Shown in pieces: positions 12,721-26,321 of a DNA stretch of 64,000 bases; position 1 is the first letter of the stretch; each line of letters opens with the position of its first letter. Location of the stretch: positions 928,001 to 992,000 of the forward strand of contig CM000155.2 of assembly GCA_000004695.1 (NCBI GenBank). Reading direction: 5' to 3'. The notes beneath the pieces were generated by a model that searched no databases, had not been told where the DNA came from, and saw only the letters and a program-made list of their open reading frames with translations. This stretch comes from Dictyostelium discoideum (Eukaryota). A program made the translations under genes and the position numbers.

Positions 12721-13593
12721 TTAAGTTCTATAATGAGAATTTGCTTTAACATAATCAACTGTTAAATCACAAGTCCACATAGTATAATTTTGATTACCAT
12801 TATTTAAATCAACAATTATACTAATATCTTTATTTGATAATAATTTGGCAGCTTTTTCATCATCTTTTGGAGTTGGTTGACCATCTTTAAGGAATTGCAT
12901 TGCAATGAGAGGATCATTCTTTTGACCGATACCAATATTATCACCATAACCAGATGCGAACCACATTGAAATATTTGAAGGTACAACACCATCAGCACCA
13001 CTATAACCAACAGCGGCTAAAACTCTACCCCAATTTGCATCTTCACCATACATTGCTGTCTTTACCAATGAAGAGGTTGCAATTGAATTTGCAATGATTT
13101 TACCATCCTTTTCGGTTTTAGCACCTCTAACTACCACACTGATGAACTTGGTTGCACCTTCAGCATCTCTGACGATCATTTGAGCCAATTCAGTTGCACA
13201 TTCTCTCATTGCTTTCTCTAATAATAAATACTCTTTGGAATTGGTTGAATCAATTCTCTTGTTACCTGCCAAACCATTTGAAAATACTGCAACCGTATCA
13301 TTGGTACTCATATCACCATCAACATTAATACTATTGAATGAATAATCAATTGAATGTTTTAATGCACTCTTTAATGCTTCCTCACTAATATCTGCATCTG
13401 TACAAAGTGTACATAACATTGTTGCCATATTTGGATGAATCATACCTGCTCCTTTGCAAATACCTGTAATATTAACTTGTTTACCTTGAATTTCAATTTG
13501 TTTTTGAACTAATTTTGGTACTTTATCTGTTGTCATAATTGCTTTTGCTGCCTTTGAAAAAAAAATAAAAAAAAATAAAAAAAATTATTAATA

Positions 13594-13646
<53 letters not shown>

Positions 13647-14210
13647 AATTAAATACATACTGATAACCAATCATCTTTTAAATTTTCAGATGCTTTTGTA
13701 ATACCAAGTTCAACTTTTTTCATATCTAATTGTTGACCAATAATACCAGTTGACTTTAATAATAAAAATAAAAGTTAATAATTAATTTATAAATTTTAAA
13801 TATATATAAATATTTACTTACCATTACTAATGATTGTTGTTTTGCATTTACCAATTTTGAAGATAAAAAAGACATTGTTTGAGCATTTTTTTCACCTTCT
13901 GGACCTGTACAAGCATTAGCACCACCACTATTTATAATTAAAGATTGGAAACCAGTGTTTTTATGTTTCTCTATTAATGACTTGCTTAATAAAACTGGTG
14001 CTGCTTTAACTTTATTCTCTGTAAATACTGCTGCAACATTACATTCTTTCTCTGAATGAATTAAACAAATATCTAATGCTCCACTCTTTTTTAATCCGCA
14101 TGCATATGTACCAGTTTTAAATCCTTTTGGTGATGTTGTTGTCTTTTTTTATTTTTTTTTTTTTTTTATTTTTTTTTTTTTTTAATCCCAAATAAAAAAA
14201 AATAAAAAAA

Positions 14211-14241
<31 letters not shown>

Positions 14242-14478
14242 ATTTTTATTTTATTATTGTTATTATTTTTGATAATAAATAAGTTTTATTATTATTTTTA
14301 TTATATATTTTAAAATAAAATTTACAAAATAATTTTTTGAAATAAAATAAATAAAATAAAATAAAATAAAAATAAATGATTTTCAACAATTTACATTTTT
14401 TATAGTACTATAATGTCTTAAAAAAGAAGTAGTTGTTGAGTTTTGAAATAATTTTTTATTAACTATATTTGAAAACAT
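12721..14478 (-). CDS. argJ: Glutamate N-acetyltransferase / ornithine acetyltransferase ArgJ (arginine biosynthesis), mitochondrial; join(14395..14478,13812..14132,13661..13753,12721..13551) on the minus strand; 442 aa
   Basis: Exon 4 carries the ArgJ autoprocessing site NMATMLCTL and the conserved C-terminus ...WTCDLTVDYVKANSHYRT. Exon 2 reads TTTSPKGFKTGTYACGLKKSGALDICLIHSE...GANACTGPEG (ArgJ alpha chain). Exon 1 (MFSNIVNKKLFQNSTTTSFLRHYSTIKN) looks like a mitochondrial presequence. All donors are GTAAAT/GTAAGT/GTATGT, all exons are phase 0, and exon lengths 84+321+93+831 are each divisible by 3. Confidence 0.85.
13601..13640. repeat. (TA)n dinucleotide microsatellite inside the argJ intron
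   Basis: Direct reading of tatatata... over ~40 nt. Confidence 0.9.
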
Positions 14479-14592
14479 GTTTTTTTTTTTTTTTTTTTTT
14501 ATATTATATTATTGTTTTTATTTTTTTTTTTTTTTTATTTTTTTTTTTTTTTTTTATATGAAAACTTGAAGTTATGTGTATTGAATTAATAA

Positions 14593-14626
<34 letters not shown>

Positions 14627-15088
14627 TGAAAAAAAAAAAAAGTAAAAAATAAAAAAAAAAAAAAAAAAGATTAGTGGAAGTGCGATAAAAAAAATATCAA
14701 TGGACCAGAAAAGCCAATTTTATTTTTTTTTTATTTTTTTTTTATTTTTTTTTATTTTTTTTTATATAAGAAAATAAAAATATAAAAAAATAAAAAAATT
14801 TAAAAAAATTTAAAAAAATCTTCAATTATTTGTCACTTGTGCAATAAGCCGTGTGCGGCTTCATCGCCGAAATTTTTTCAAAAACCAAATTTTTTTTTTT
14901 ACTTTTGTTTATACAAATATTTCCATTAAATTTTTAATTTGGTTTTTAATTTTTTTATTCCAAACCAATAATAAAATAAAATTAAAAAAAAAAAAAAAAT
15001 AATAGAAAAAATAAAAAATAAAAATATAATCACAAAAATTACAATCATTTGAATCGCAATCACAAATACCGACATCAAAAAATTTGTT

Positions 15089-15123
<35 letters not shown>

Positions 15124-15653
15124 TTAATAAAAAAAAAAATATAAAATAAAATAATCAACTTATAATTTTAAGGTTATTATTTTTTGGTAAAAGCCGAAAA
15201 TGAAAAAAAAAATAAAAAATAAAAAATTATTGTTTATTTCACAGAAAAAAAATTGCATGATCATTTTTTTTTTTTTAGAAAAGTGAAAAAGACAATAAAA
15301 AAATGAAAAAATAAAAAAATAAAAATAAAAAAAAACAAATTAAAATAATTAAAATAATTAATTACAAAAAATGTTAAATTTGCATTTTTTTTAATTTTGT
15401 AAGATTTACCTAAAAAATCAACATTGGCCTCCCAAAAATTAAATAATTTTCAAAAAAAAAAAAAAATAATAATTAAAAAAAATTAAAATTTATTTTTTTA
15501 TTTTTTTTTTTTCGAGCAATAAAATTTTTTTTTTTTTATTTTTTTTTTAATAGATGTGTGACATCATACCATTTTATTTTTCATTTCACTTTTTTTTGTA
15601 AAAATTTGTATATATAAAAAAAAAAATCAAACAAAATAATAATATAAATAAAA

Positions 15654-17093
15654 ATGAGTAATCAAAGAGTTTTATATTGGCCAGAGACCTATAATAATAT
15701 AAAAGAACTTGGTAGAGGTGTTAGTGGTGTTGTTTATAAAGCATCACATAAGAAAACAGGTCAAATTGTAGCTATAAAATTAGTTGATATGAAACAAAGT
15801 AAAATTTCAACAGAGTATGTTTTCAATTAAAAAAAATAAAAATAATTATAAAATAAAAAAAAAGTTAAAAATAATAATAATAATAAAAAAAAAAAAAAAT
15901 ATATATATATATATTTTAGACAAATTCAAGGTGAAATTAGAGCATTATTAACATTAAATCCAGAGAATGAAAGAACACATATAAATATTATAAAATTAAT
16001 TCAATGTTTTGTAAGTACCTAATATAATTTAAATTTTAAAATTTAATATAAAAAAATCCAAATTTTAATTTTTTTTTAAGATACATAAAACTACAGCAAT
16101 TTTTATATTAGAATATGTTGATGGTGGAACATTAGAAGATTTTATGTATAGTTTTGAAAGAGGTATGCCATTATCATTAATAAGTCATTGTTTATATCAA
16201 TCAGTGAATGCAATTGAATATATGAATTCAAAGAAATGTTCACATCGTGATATTAAACCGGCAAATATATTAATGTTAAGAAATCGTAAACCAAAATTAA
16301 AACAGCAGAGTGAACAACAACAACAAGAGGATGGTGGATATATTAGATATAGTGGACAATTTCAATTGGAACCATCATCACAAGAGAATAATAATTATCA
16401 ATTTGATCCAGACGAATTACCAATTCTTAAAGTTACAGATTATGGGTACGCATCGATTAGTGGTAATGATAGTGCAGAGATTCATTCGACATTGGCAGGC
16501 TCACCACTTTATATGGCACCAGAGATTATACATATTATATTATCACCCTTTTTAGAGCCTGGTACTGGTAAACTATCAGCTGACAGTTCCGAAGGTTACA
16601 ATCCTTTGTTAGTCGATGTTTGGGCAATTGGTGCAGTAGCATTCAGATTAATAACGGGTGATGATTTAATTAGTGTAATCTTTCCAAATTTAAATCAAAC
16701 TACTGTTTTAGCTGCTTTGGTTAATTTAGCGAAAATGATCGATAATGGTGATTTCCAAAAGGGTTTAGATAGTATACCCAATGAAATTCGTAAATATGGT
16801 CTTGTTGATCCTGATATTGAATTGGGTATTTCTTTTATCACATCTTTACTTCAATTAGATCCAAAGAAAAGATTGCCATTAAAAGAAACTTTAAATCATC
16901 CTTTCCTTGCAAAAGGTAAATTATCTTTTACTCAAACTTTAAACCAACATTATAAAGATAATAAAGATGTTTTAGGTTCAATTGTACCTTCAGATATTTC
17001 AAATTTTTTAAATCAAAATCAACAACAACAACAACAACAACAAAAATCATTTTCAACTTCATCATTACCACAAGTTAATCATAATAATGATAC

Positions 17094-17180
<87 letters not shown>

Positions 17181-17838
17181 AAAAGATAAAGATAATCAAT
17201 CAAATAATTCATCATCATCTTCTTCATCATCATCACCACCATCACCAACAATTTCAAAATCATCACCATCATCATTATCATCATCATTATCACCATCATC
17301 ATCAACTGATGATTTACCAAAAGCAATGAAATGGTCATCATCAGTTAAACCACCTAAGAAATCAAATTTTGCTCCAACCTTTTTATCACATCAAAGAAGT
17401 GATAAGATAACCTTATTTCCAAAACTTTTACCACCACCAACTAAAGATGCACCACCATTAGAAACAATGAATTGGAGAAGTCCACCAGTTGAAGTTGGTG
17501 ATAGTATCACTTGGACAACATTAACACAAGATGCTATATTTCAAGTTCAATTTAGTGTTTTAACTTCATTCCTAAAGGTAATCTCTGCTTCAAATTCTTA
17601 TCAATTCCGTATTATCACCTCTTTAACAAAGGTACCATTAGAAATCGCTGTTTCAAATCATAAAGATACTATCCTTTATATGTATAATATTGTAAAATCA
17701 GTTATTGCACCTCAATTAATTTCACTTTCCAATGCTTTCGATGAAAATTCAATTCGTTCTGTATTAGCTGCTATCCTTTATCAAATTGGTACTGAAACTG
17801 AACAAGCTGAAATTGCAAATTGTTGGACTTTAGTTTAA
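15654..17838 (+). CDS. Serine/threonine protein kinase with poly-Asn and Ser-rich C-terminal extension; join(15654..15814,15920..16010,16081..17838); 669 aa
   Basis: Exon 1 contains the glycine loop and the VAIK lysine (LGRGVSGVVYKA..QIVAIKLV). Exon 3 has LEYVDGGTLEDF, HRDIKPANILM, the degenerate DFG motif KVTDYGYA, and YMAPE. Donors are GTATGT and GTAAGT; acceptors are tttag| and ttttaag|. Exon 3 is in frame with ORF 16144..17838. (AAT)n at 17096..17177 encodes ~28 Asn. Confidence 0.85.
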
Positions 17839-18126
17839 AAAAAAAAAATAAATAAATAAAAAAAAAGAAATAAATAAAAAAAAAGAAATAAATAAACATT
17901 TAAAAAATAAAAAAAAGTAATAATAATATTTTAAATAATAAAATGAAAAAAAAAAGATTTTAAACTTTAAATTTTCTTAATTGTTTAATTCTATTTGATA
18001 GAATTATTAAAAACTAATTTAAAAATATCTTTATTTTTTTTTTTTTTTTTTTTTAAAAAAACACAATATTTACTTTAACCTAACTGTTTGCTTCTGCTGT
18101 TGGCTTGTTTCTTTTTCTTTTGTTTT

Positions 18127-18160
<34 letters not shown>

Positions 18161-18579
18161 GGGCTTCTATATGAAGAATTTACAAAATGAATTGGAGGAG
18201 TGCAGCATTTACAACCCTTTGAGACAATGATCTTTATTTTCAACTTTACAATTTTTCCTAAACAACTAAGATGATCTTTCCTTTCATGCTTTTTTTTTGT
18301 ATAACACTAATACCTCTCGATAGAATGTTCAACCATTTAAATGTATGCATATAAATTTTTGATTTTTTCTTTTATAACTTTCCATTTTTTTTCCATTTTT
18401 TTTCTCACATTTTTTTTTAATTTTGCCTTAATAAAATGTATTTAATTAAAAAAAGTCTCTTTTTTAATGTCATTTTTAACTTTTTTTAATAATAATAATT
18501 ATAAAAACTAATGAATTCAAAAACACTCTAAAATTCAATTATTTTGTTTGGAAAAACCAATTTTGTTTGAAAAAAAAAA

Positions 18580-19959
18580 ATGATTAAAAAAGAATTATCA
18601 AATTATATTCAAAATTATATAATAAAAATTATAGTCAAATATATAAATTCAGAAAAAAGTAGATTGGATGATAATCAATTTAAAGATTATAATAAATTTA
18701 AAAATAAAATTGAAAAATTAATAGAATCAATAGCATTGGTTTGTTGGAGATGGTTTGAAAATGTTTCAAAAAATTTAAATGTTTCAATTGATTATGATTG
18801 TTTAAAAAACAATAATGATAATAATAATAATAAAGAAAAATATTTAATTATTAAACCAAATAATATTAATATTTTAAAGATTAGTAGAGAAAAATTTTCA
18901 TTTATTCAAGGTAATTCCAATTTTTTTATTCCACCAAAAAGAAAATATTTAATTGAATTGGAACAATTTTTAAAAGAATTAAATGATAATATTAAATTAT
19001 TAAAAAATTTAAATCAAATTTTAATTGATAATAATGATTTTGGTATAAATATAAATAATGAATATAAAAGTTTTGAAAAAAGTTTATTATATTTATTAAT
19101 TAAAAGAATTAAAAGATATAAAATATTAAATAAAAATAGTAGTAATTGTAATGAAGAAATTAAAATTGAAATTAAAATTGGATTATCATTATTAACACCA
19201 TTAATGATTATAAAACCACTATTAAATGATTTAATAATAGTTAATGGTGGTGGTGATTCAATTATTAATGAAAATGATTTAAAATCAATTAATTTTATTG
19301 AAAAGATTTCAAATAAAAATTTAGATAATTCAGTATCTGATAGTTTTAAATCAAATGAATTAAAAGTTATTTTAACAAATATTTCAAAAATTAATTCTAT
19401 TGAAGTTTATAATATTAATGAATTATCATTAAAATCAATGTCAAATTATTATAAATCAATTAATAATATTAATATAATTGATCAAGTTTATGAAATTATA
19501 AAAATTCAACAATTATTAAAAGCAATACCAAATTTAAAGAAATTTGAATTTTCATTTTGTTATACAATGTTTTATTATTACTTTTCAAATGGTAATTCAA
19601 ATTTCCTTTGTAATTGTACGGAAACTAATAATGATAGTTTAAATGAATTTAATGAAAATTGGAATTTTATTAAAAATTATATTATAAATAGTAATTGTTT
19701 AATTGAATTATCAATTCAAAGTCAATGTGATATTAATGGTAAAAATGGTGATTTTTTAAATCCTTCATTTTTATTAAAAAATGATCATTATTTTATAAAT
19801 TCTTTTATTTCAATTTTAAATTTAAATAATTCAATTAAAAATTTAAAAATTTCAATTTTAGATAATAATCAAAATAATAATATTATTCTTTCAATTTTAA
19901 ATAATAATAATAATAATAATAATAATATTAAAAAAATAAATAACTTAAAAATAAATTAA
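18580..19959 (+). CDS. Asn/Ile/Lys-rich hypothetical protein, 459 aa
   Basis: Single long ORF. No recognisable domain. Confidence 0.5.
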   Translation: MIKKELSNYIQNYIIKIIVKYINSEKSRLDDNQFKDYNKFKNKIEKLIESIALVCWRWFENVSKNLNVSIDYDCLKNNNDNNNNKEKYLIIKPNNINILKISREKFSFIQGNSNFFIPPKRKYLIELEQFLKELNDNIKLLKNLNQILIDNNDFGININNEYKSFEKSLLYLLIKRIKRYKILNKNSSNCNEEIKIEIKIGLSLLTPLMIIKPLLNDLIIVNGGGDSIINENDLKSINFIEKISNKNLDNSVSDSFKSNELKVILTNISKINSIEVYNINELSLKSMSNYYKSINNINIIDQVYEIIKIQQLLKAIPNLKKFEFSFCYTMFYYYFSNGNSNFLCNCTETNNDSLNEFNENWNFIKNYIINSNCLIELSIQSQCDINGKNGDFLNPSFLLKNDHYFINSFISILNLNNSIKNLKISILDNNQNNNIILSILNNNNNNNNNIKKINNLKIN

Positions 19960-20053
19960 AACATTATTACATTTTTATATTTTATATAATTAATTATTTT
20001 ATTATTTTATTATTTTATTATTATTTTTTATTTTATTATTATTATTATTATTT

Positions 20054-20810
20054 TTAATTTGAATTTGATCTTGATCTTGATCTTGATCTTTCTCTTGATC
20101 TTCCATTACCATTTGCATTATTACCAGAGTCAGCAGAAGCAGCATCGCCAGCTGCAATTCTTTCTTTAGAGAGTGAAGAATCTCTCTTTTTTTCTTTTTT
20201 TAGAGATCTTGAACGATCTCTTGAACGATCTCTACTTCTATCTCTTGAACGATCTCTTCTACTACTATAACGACTACCACCACCATTTGATCTTGAACGA
20301 TCTCTACTTCTATCTCTACTATTATTTCTTCTTCTATCTCTACTAGTGTCTCTTATTATATTACCACCATCTCTTGAACGATCTCTACTTCTATCTCTAG
20401 AACGATCTCTTGAGGTATCTCTATTTCTTCTGGCATCTCTTGATCTATCTCTACTTCTATCTCTTGATCTTTCTCTTCTACCATCTCTTGATCTATCTCT
20501 ACTTCTGTCTCTACGATCTCTTCTTCTATCTCTTCTATCTCTAGAACGATCTCTAGAACGGTCTCTTGAACGATCTCTAGAACGATCCCTTGATCTATCT
20601 CTACGATCCCATGATGGTGATCTATATCTTCTTGATCTTCTATCTCTTGAATGTGAACGACTTAGGGATCTATCTCTTGATCTTTTCTTTCCACCATTTG
20701 GACAACTTTTTATCCAATGACCTTCTTGACCACATGCAAAACATTTATTATTATCAGCTATTTATTTTTTTTTTTTTTTTTCACAGTAATAATAAAATAA
20801 AAAATCAGTA

Positions 20811-20898
<88 letters not shown>

Positions 20899-20900
20899 GT

Positions 20901-20932
<32 letters not shown>

Positions 20933-21762
20933 ATTTTAAATTTTATAAAAAAAATAGCAAATATAGGTTTAAGAATGGACACAAAAGAAGCAAAAACATA
21001 AAGAAAAAGATGAATTATGTTGAATGGCATATAGCAATTAGCAATAAATAACACAAACGGTGGAGAGGTGGGAAAGGATGAAGTGAGCACAAAGGAAGGA
21101 AAAAGAGTGAAAAAGGGAAAAGGAGAGAGTGAGACACACAAGACACAAGGTGACTAATGATAATTAATTATCAAATAGTAGTGGATGAGCCATCATGAAT
21201 GAAATGAATGCCTAAAATGACCAATCTTGGGGGTTTTTTTTTTTTTTTTTTTTCTTTTGAAATTAACCAAAAAATTGTAAAAAAAAAAAAAAAAAAAAAA
21301 AAGGTTCTGGCTCTGCTTAATGACCCATTGGAATGATCGGAGAATTAAGAGGCAACTTTTTTTTTTTTTTTTTTTTTTCTGGGCTTTTTTTCTTGGAAAA
21401 AAAAAAAACGGATCTGAAGCGTGATTTAACCGACAAAAATGGAAACGGGAATTCTTAATTTTTTAATTTTTTAATTTTTTTTCCCCTCTTTTTAAAAATA
21501 AAAAAATAAAAAAATTACCTAGAAAAGCAAGGCAAGTAGCAAACTTCTAGGGGGGGCATGAAATAAATTTAGTCAACAGCAAAACATGTCTGTCCCACAA
21601 ACAAAATTTTTTTTTTTTTTTTCCTTTTTTTTTTTTTTTTTTTTTTTTTTCTAAAAACAAAGTGTGGTGGGGTGGGGTGATTTTTTTTTTTTTTTTTTTC
21701 CCAATGAAAAATACAAAAATATTGAGATTTTTATAATTTGAAAAAGAGAGAAAAAGAGAGAG

Positions 21763-21798
<36 letters not shown>

Positions 21799-22082
21799 GA
21801 TGCAGATTGTTAATATAAAGAAAAATAATAAAAAAATAAAAACTTACCATTTTTACCACCTTTTGCCCATTCAACTGAAATTTTACTATTTAATAAGGTT
21901 GTACCATTTAATGCTTTTAAAGCATCATCTGCATCTCTTCTTTCTTTATATTCAACGAAAGCATAACATCTTCCGTTTGTTTTCTTTACATCATTTCTAG
22001 TAATTGTACCATATTTTGAAAAATGGTCATTTAAATTTTTTTGGGTGGTTTCGACTGATAATCTACCTATGTATAATGACAT
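20054..22082 (-). CDS. SR splicing factor, SRSF7/9G8-like (RRM + CCHC zinc knuckle + RS/RD domain); join(21848..22082,20054..20757) on the minus strand; 312 aa
   Basis: Exon 1 (ORF 21810..22082) is an RRM, with RNP2 LYIGRL and RNP1 RCYAFVEY. It ends KNG + g | GTAAGT. Exon 2 has no Met and is therefore absent from the ORF track. It begins (g)ct = A, then DNNKCFACGQEGHWIKSCPNGGKK (C-x2-C-x4-H-x4-C knuckle), followed by ~200 aa of RSRDRS repeats, and ends ...RSRSRSNSN*. Every codon of exon 2 was translated explicitly and is in phase (235 nt + 704 nt). The intron is 1,089 nt. Confidence 0.8.
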
Positions 22083-22154
22083 ATTTACTATTTATATTTA
22101 TATTTATTATTTTTATTATTATATATGTTTTTATATAATATTTATACTTTTAAT

Positions 22155-22188
<34 letters not shown>

Positions 22189-22883
22189 AAAATAAAGCCC
22201 GCACTAATATATAAGAATTTTTTTTTATTTTTTTTTTTTTTTTAATGTATATCCACAAAAAGTTGTTTTTTTATTTTATTTTTTATAAATTATTTTATTA
22301 ATTATTTACAATTATATTACAATGTCAATTTAATTCGTTTTTTTTTTTTTTTTTCTGTTTATTTTTTATTTTTTATTTTTTAATATATCTTGTTATGCTA
22401 TTTTAGAGGTGTGTGGGTGAGTGGAAAAAAAAAAAAAAAAAAAAATAAAAAAATTTATAAAAAAAAATGAAAAAAAAAAAAATAAAAAAGAAAAAAAAAA
22501 GAAAAAAATAAAAAAAAAAAAAAAAAAAAGAAAAAAAAATTAAAAAAAATTTTAAAAAAAAAAAAAAAAAAAAAAAAATCAAACAAAAATGATGTTTTAA
22601 TTATTTGTTATTTTATTTATTTACTTTTATTATTATTATAATTATAATTAGAAACAATTGTAATTGTATAATTTATTTTAATTTTTTTTTTTTTTTTTTT
22701 CATATTTTTTAATTATTTTATTTTATTTTTTTTTTAAAATTTTTTTTTTCAATCGAACGAAGAAATTTTTTTGATATATTTATTTTTTTTTAAATTTTTT
22801 TTTTCTTTTTCAAAACAAATGATTAAAAATAAAAATAAAAAATAAAAAAATATAAAAAATAAAAAAAAATAAAAAATAAATAA

Positions 22884-23927
22884 ATGGATAGTAACAATAG
22901 TAATAATAATAATAAAAATCTAAAACAAATATGTGATATACCAAAACCTCAATTTTTAAGTAAAGGAGTTTTTACATTAGTTGGAGTATTATGTAAATTT
23001 TGGATATCAATGAATACGGTCACAACATCAGGTATTGATAAATTAGTAAATGAAATTGATAAAACTCACCAATTAAAAAGACCAATGATAACAATTGCAA
23101 ATCATTCGTCAAATTTAGATGATCCATTATTATGGGGTGTTTTACCAAATCGTATTTTAATGGATCCATCAAAACAACGTTGGACATTAGGTGCTTCAAA
23201 TATTTTATTTACAAATTGGTTTTATTCTAAATTTTTTTCATTAGGTAAATGTGTAAGTTTTTACATTAATATTATTATAAAAATTAAATGAAATTTCATT
23301 GATTTTTATTTCTTTTATTTTTTATTTTTTATTTTTTTTTTTGAGAAATTTTACTAAAATATCTTTTTTTTTTTTTATTTTTTTTTATTTTTATTTTTTT
23401 TTTTTTATTTTTATTTTAAATTTATCAAAATAAAATAGATTAAAATTGTTAGAGGTGATGGAATTTATCAAGATGGTATGAATGAATCAATTGATAGATT
23501 ATCAGAAGGACAATGGTTACATATATTTCCAGAAGGTAGAATTAGTCAACAAACTCAATTATTATATTTTAAATGGGGTCTTGGTAGATTAGTTGGTGAA
23601 TGTTATAGAAGAACCGGTGTTGTACCATTAGTTGTACCAATTTATCATCAAGGTATGGAGAAATCAATGCCATTAGCAAAATTACCAATACCAAGAGTTG
23701 GTATAAATTTAGATATTAAAGTTGGTGATAATATTTATTGTGATCAAGTAATTTCGAAATATATTGATGATAATAAAATATCTGATCTCACCGATTACCT
23801 TTCACAAGATGATAAAAAACGAAAAGATTTTTATAAAACAATTACGCTTCATATTGAAGATGAATATCAAAAAATTATACCCCCAACCAATAGAGGTCGT
23901 TTTTCTCATCCAACAATTAAAGATTAA
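22884..23927 (+). CDS. taz: Tafazzin-like phospholipid acyltransferase; join(22884..23252,23439..23927); 285 aa
   Basis: The acyltransferase H(x4)D motif lies in ITIANHSSNLDDPLLWGVLP. The second block is GDGIYQDGMNESIDRLSEGQWLHIFPEGRI. Both are closely similar to the tafazzin motifs (HQS..DDP..WG and ..HIFPEG). GTAAGT donor after ...LGKC; acceptor aaaatag|ATTAAAATTGTTAGAGGTGATGG is in frame with ORF 23478. Confidence 0.85.
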
Positions 23928-24037
23928 AAATAAAATTAAAATTAAAATTAATAATGAAAATAATAAAATTAAAAAAAAAAAAAAAAAAAAAGATATTTTA
24001 ATCTATGGTTTGAAAATAAAAATAAAAATAATTATTT

Positions 24038-24085
<48 letters not shown>

Positions 24086-24137
24086 ACGATTTTTTTTTTT
24101 TTTTTTTTTTTTTTTTTGAATTTTATTTTATTTACCA

Positions 24138-24225
24138 ATGCAATCTTTTATTCCAAAATTTTGGGAAAATACAAATAATAATAATAATGATATAATTAAT
24201 AAAGAAATAAATGTAGATAATAGGA

Positions 24226-24319
<94 letters not shown>

Positions 24320-25039
24320 AAATTTACAAAATAATTTAAATGTTAATGTTTTAACTATATTAAGAAAATATCAAAAAATTTTCAATGAAATTGAAACGTT
24401 AATATCAAGTTGGGAATATTCAGAGAATAATTTATTTATAGTTTTTAAAAATATTTTATCATTTTTAGAAAGATATAATATATTAATAAATACATCCACA
24501 ATATCAACAATAAATTCAAATGAAATTGATTTAAATAATGACTCAAATGGTATAAGAATTGATTATTTTAGATTATTTAAAGATTCAAATAATAATAATA
24601 ATAATAATAATTCTATAGAATTTGAATTAAAATTAAAAATAATTGATAAATTAGAAGAATCAATGATATCATTAGATGAATATCAAAGAGAAATGAAAAA
24701 AGTTATAGAAAAATTTGATTCGTTTAAAATTGAAATTGACCAATATTGGGAAACAAATATTTTTTCTTTAAAATCATTATCAACAACGACAACAACAACA
24801 ATTGATAAAAATATATATATAAAAATAAATGAATTAAATCAAGGAAGTTTTTCAAATTCACCAATAACACAAATTGATCAATGGTTTCATTTTATTGTTA
24901 ATCAATTTAAATTAGAATTTCAAAGAAGAGATGGTTTATTAAAAAATTTAGAATATAATAAACCAATTAAACAATTAAACTCAATTTTTGAAAATTATGA
25001 AAAAAATACCAATTTTTCTTTAAATAATAGTATGTTTAG

Positions 25040-25073
<34 letters not shown>

Positions 25074-25085
25074 TTTCTTAACTAA
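24138..25085 (+). CDS. Asn-rich hypothetical protein, 315 aa
   Basis: Single ORF. Its 3' ~280 bp is duplicated in degenerate form at 26322..26600. Confidence 0.5.
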
Positions 25086-26164
25086 TTATTATTATTTTTT
25101 TTTTCTATTTTTAGTTAGGGAAATAATACCAAAAGTTAATGGAGTTATAAAAGAAATGTAAATAAAATAAAACAAAATAAAAAACTATTATAAATTTTAT
25201 ATCTTTTTTTTTATTTTTATTTTTATTTTTATTTTTTAATCAAATTATTAAATTAATTGGTTTTTTTTTTTTAAATTTAAATGGTGTTATTTCATTTTAT
25301 TACATGAATTAATACTATCCTTTATTTGGTGTTTCCTAATTGTGTTCCACTAACAAAAAACTAGGAGAAAGAAAAAGTAAAAATTGTCAAGAAAAAAAGA
25401 AAAAATAAAAAATAAAATAAGATAAATATTTATAAAAACAATTTTATATATATTTTTTTTTTAATTACGTTATTATATTTAATTTATTTTTTATTTTTAT
25501 TTATTTTTATTTTAAAAAGCAAGAAAGCTGGAATGCTGCAAAAAAAGCTTACCCTTTTTTTTAAACACCAATTTAACTTTTGGTGCTTTTTTGCAATTGT
25601 TGTGAAAATATCTTTTTAATAATACTAAAAATAATTTTTTTTTTTTATTTGATTGATCAATTGTGTTTGTTATAATTTTTTTTTTTCTAATTTTAAATCG
25701 TTTCCACTGAATACATAGTTTTTTTTTCTCATAATATATTTTTTTTTATTTTCTTTTATTTTCTAATTTTAAAATCCCCATGATACTTATTTTTTTTAAT
25801 TTTTTTTTTATTATTTTTCTATTTAAAACCTAAAATTTTTTTTTTCTTTAATTTTGTTTTCATTTTTAAAAATTATATTGGTTTTTATTTATTAGTTTTA
25901 AATTTTCAATTATAAGTATTATTTAATATTATAAATTTTTCTTTTTATATATTAATTATTTTTTTTTTTTTTCAATTTTAAAATTGAACAAATTTGTCCA
26001 ATTCCGTACTGTATCAATTCTAATCATTTTTAAAGCTCTGCTTGAACTCTCGGTTTCATTTTCACAATTAATATGGCACATCAACCCCCAATTAAACAGG
26101 CTTACGCCCACTACTCTGTACCACATTATCAGTATTTCAATGGCCATGAAAGAGTTTTTGTGTA

Positions 26165-26316
26165 ATTATTATGACGGATTAGATAAAAGAACATTGAAAC
26201 TGAAATTGAAATCCATCTTGATAATATACATATTTTGGATATCCTAAATATGTTTATTATCAAGATGGATTTCAATTTTCAATATTCTTTTATCTAATCC
26301 GTCATAATAATATTCA
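26165..26316. repeat. 152-nt near-perfect palindrome (two ~76-nt inverted arms, no spacer; centre GGATATCC at 26237..26244)
   Basis: The left arm attattatgacggattagataaaagaacattgaaactgaaattgaaatccatcttgataatatacatattttggat and the right arm atcctaaatatgtttattatcaagatggatttcaattttcaatattcttttatctaatccgtcataataat are reverse complements with a few mismatches and indels. Confidence 0.85.
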
Positions 26317-26321
26317 TTTAT

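Noticed and set aside
20346-20811. Plus-strand ORFs 20346..20720 and 20590..20811 (SLERSLERS...)
   Set aside because: They are antisense to the RS/RD-repeat exon of the SR-protein gene; the RDRSRDRS frame on the minus strand, with its zinc knuckle, is the real coding frame.
25984-26247. ORFs 25984..26247 (+) and 25956..26147 (-) in the GC-normal block next to the palindrome
   Set aside because: They are short, overlap each other on opposite strands, and have no domain or codon-usage support. The region is better treated as possible non-coding or repeat-derived sequence (see the duplication finding).
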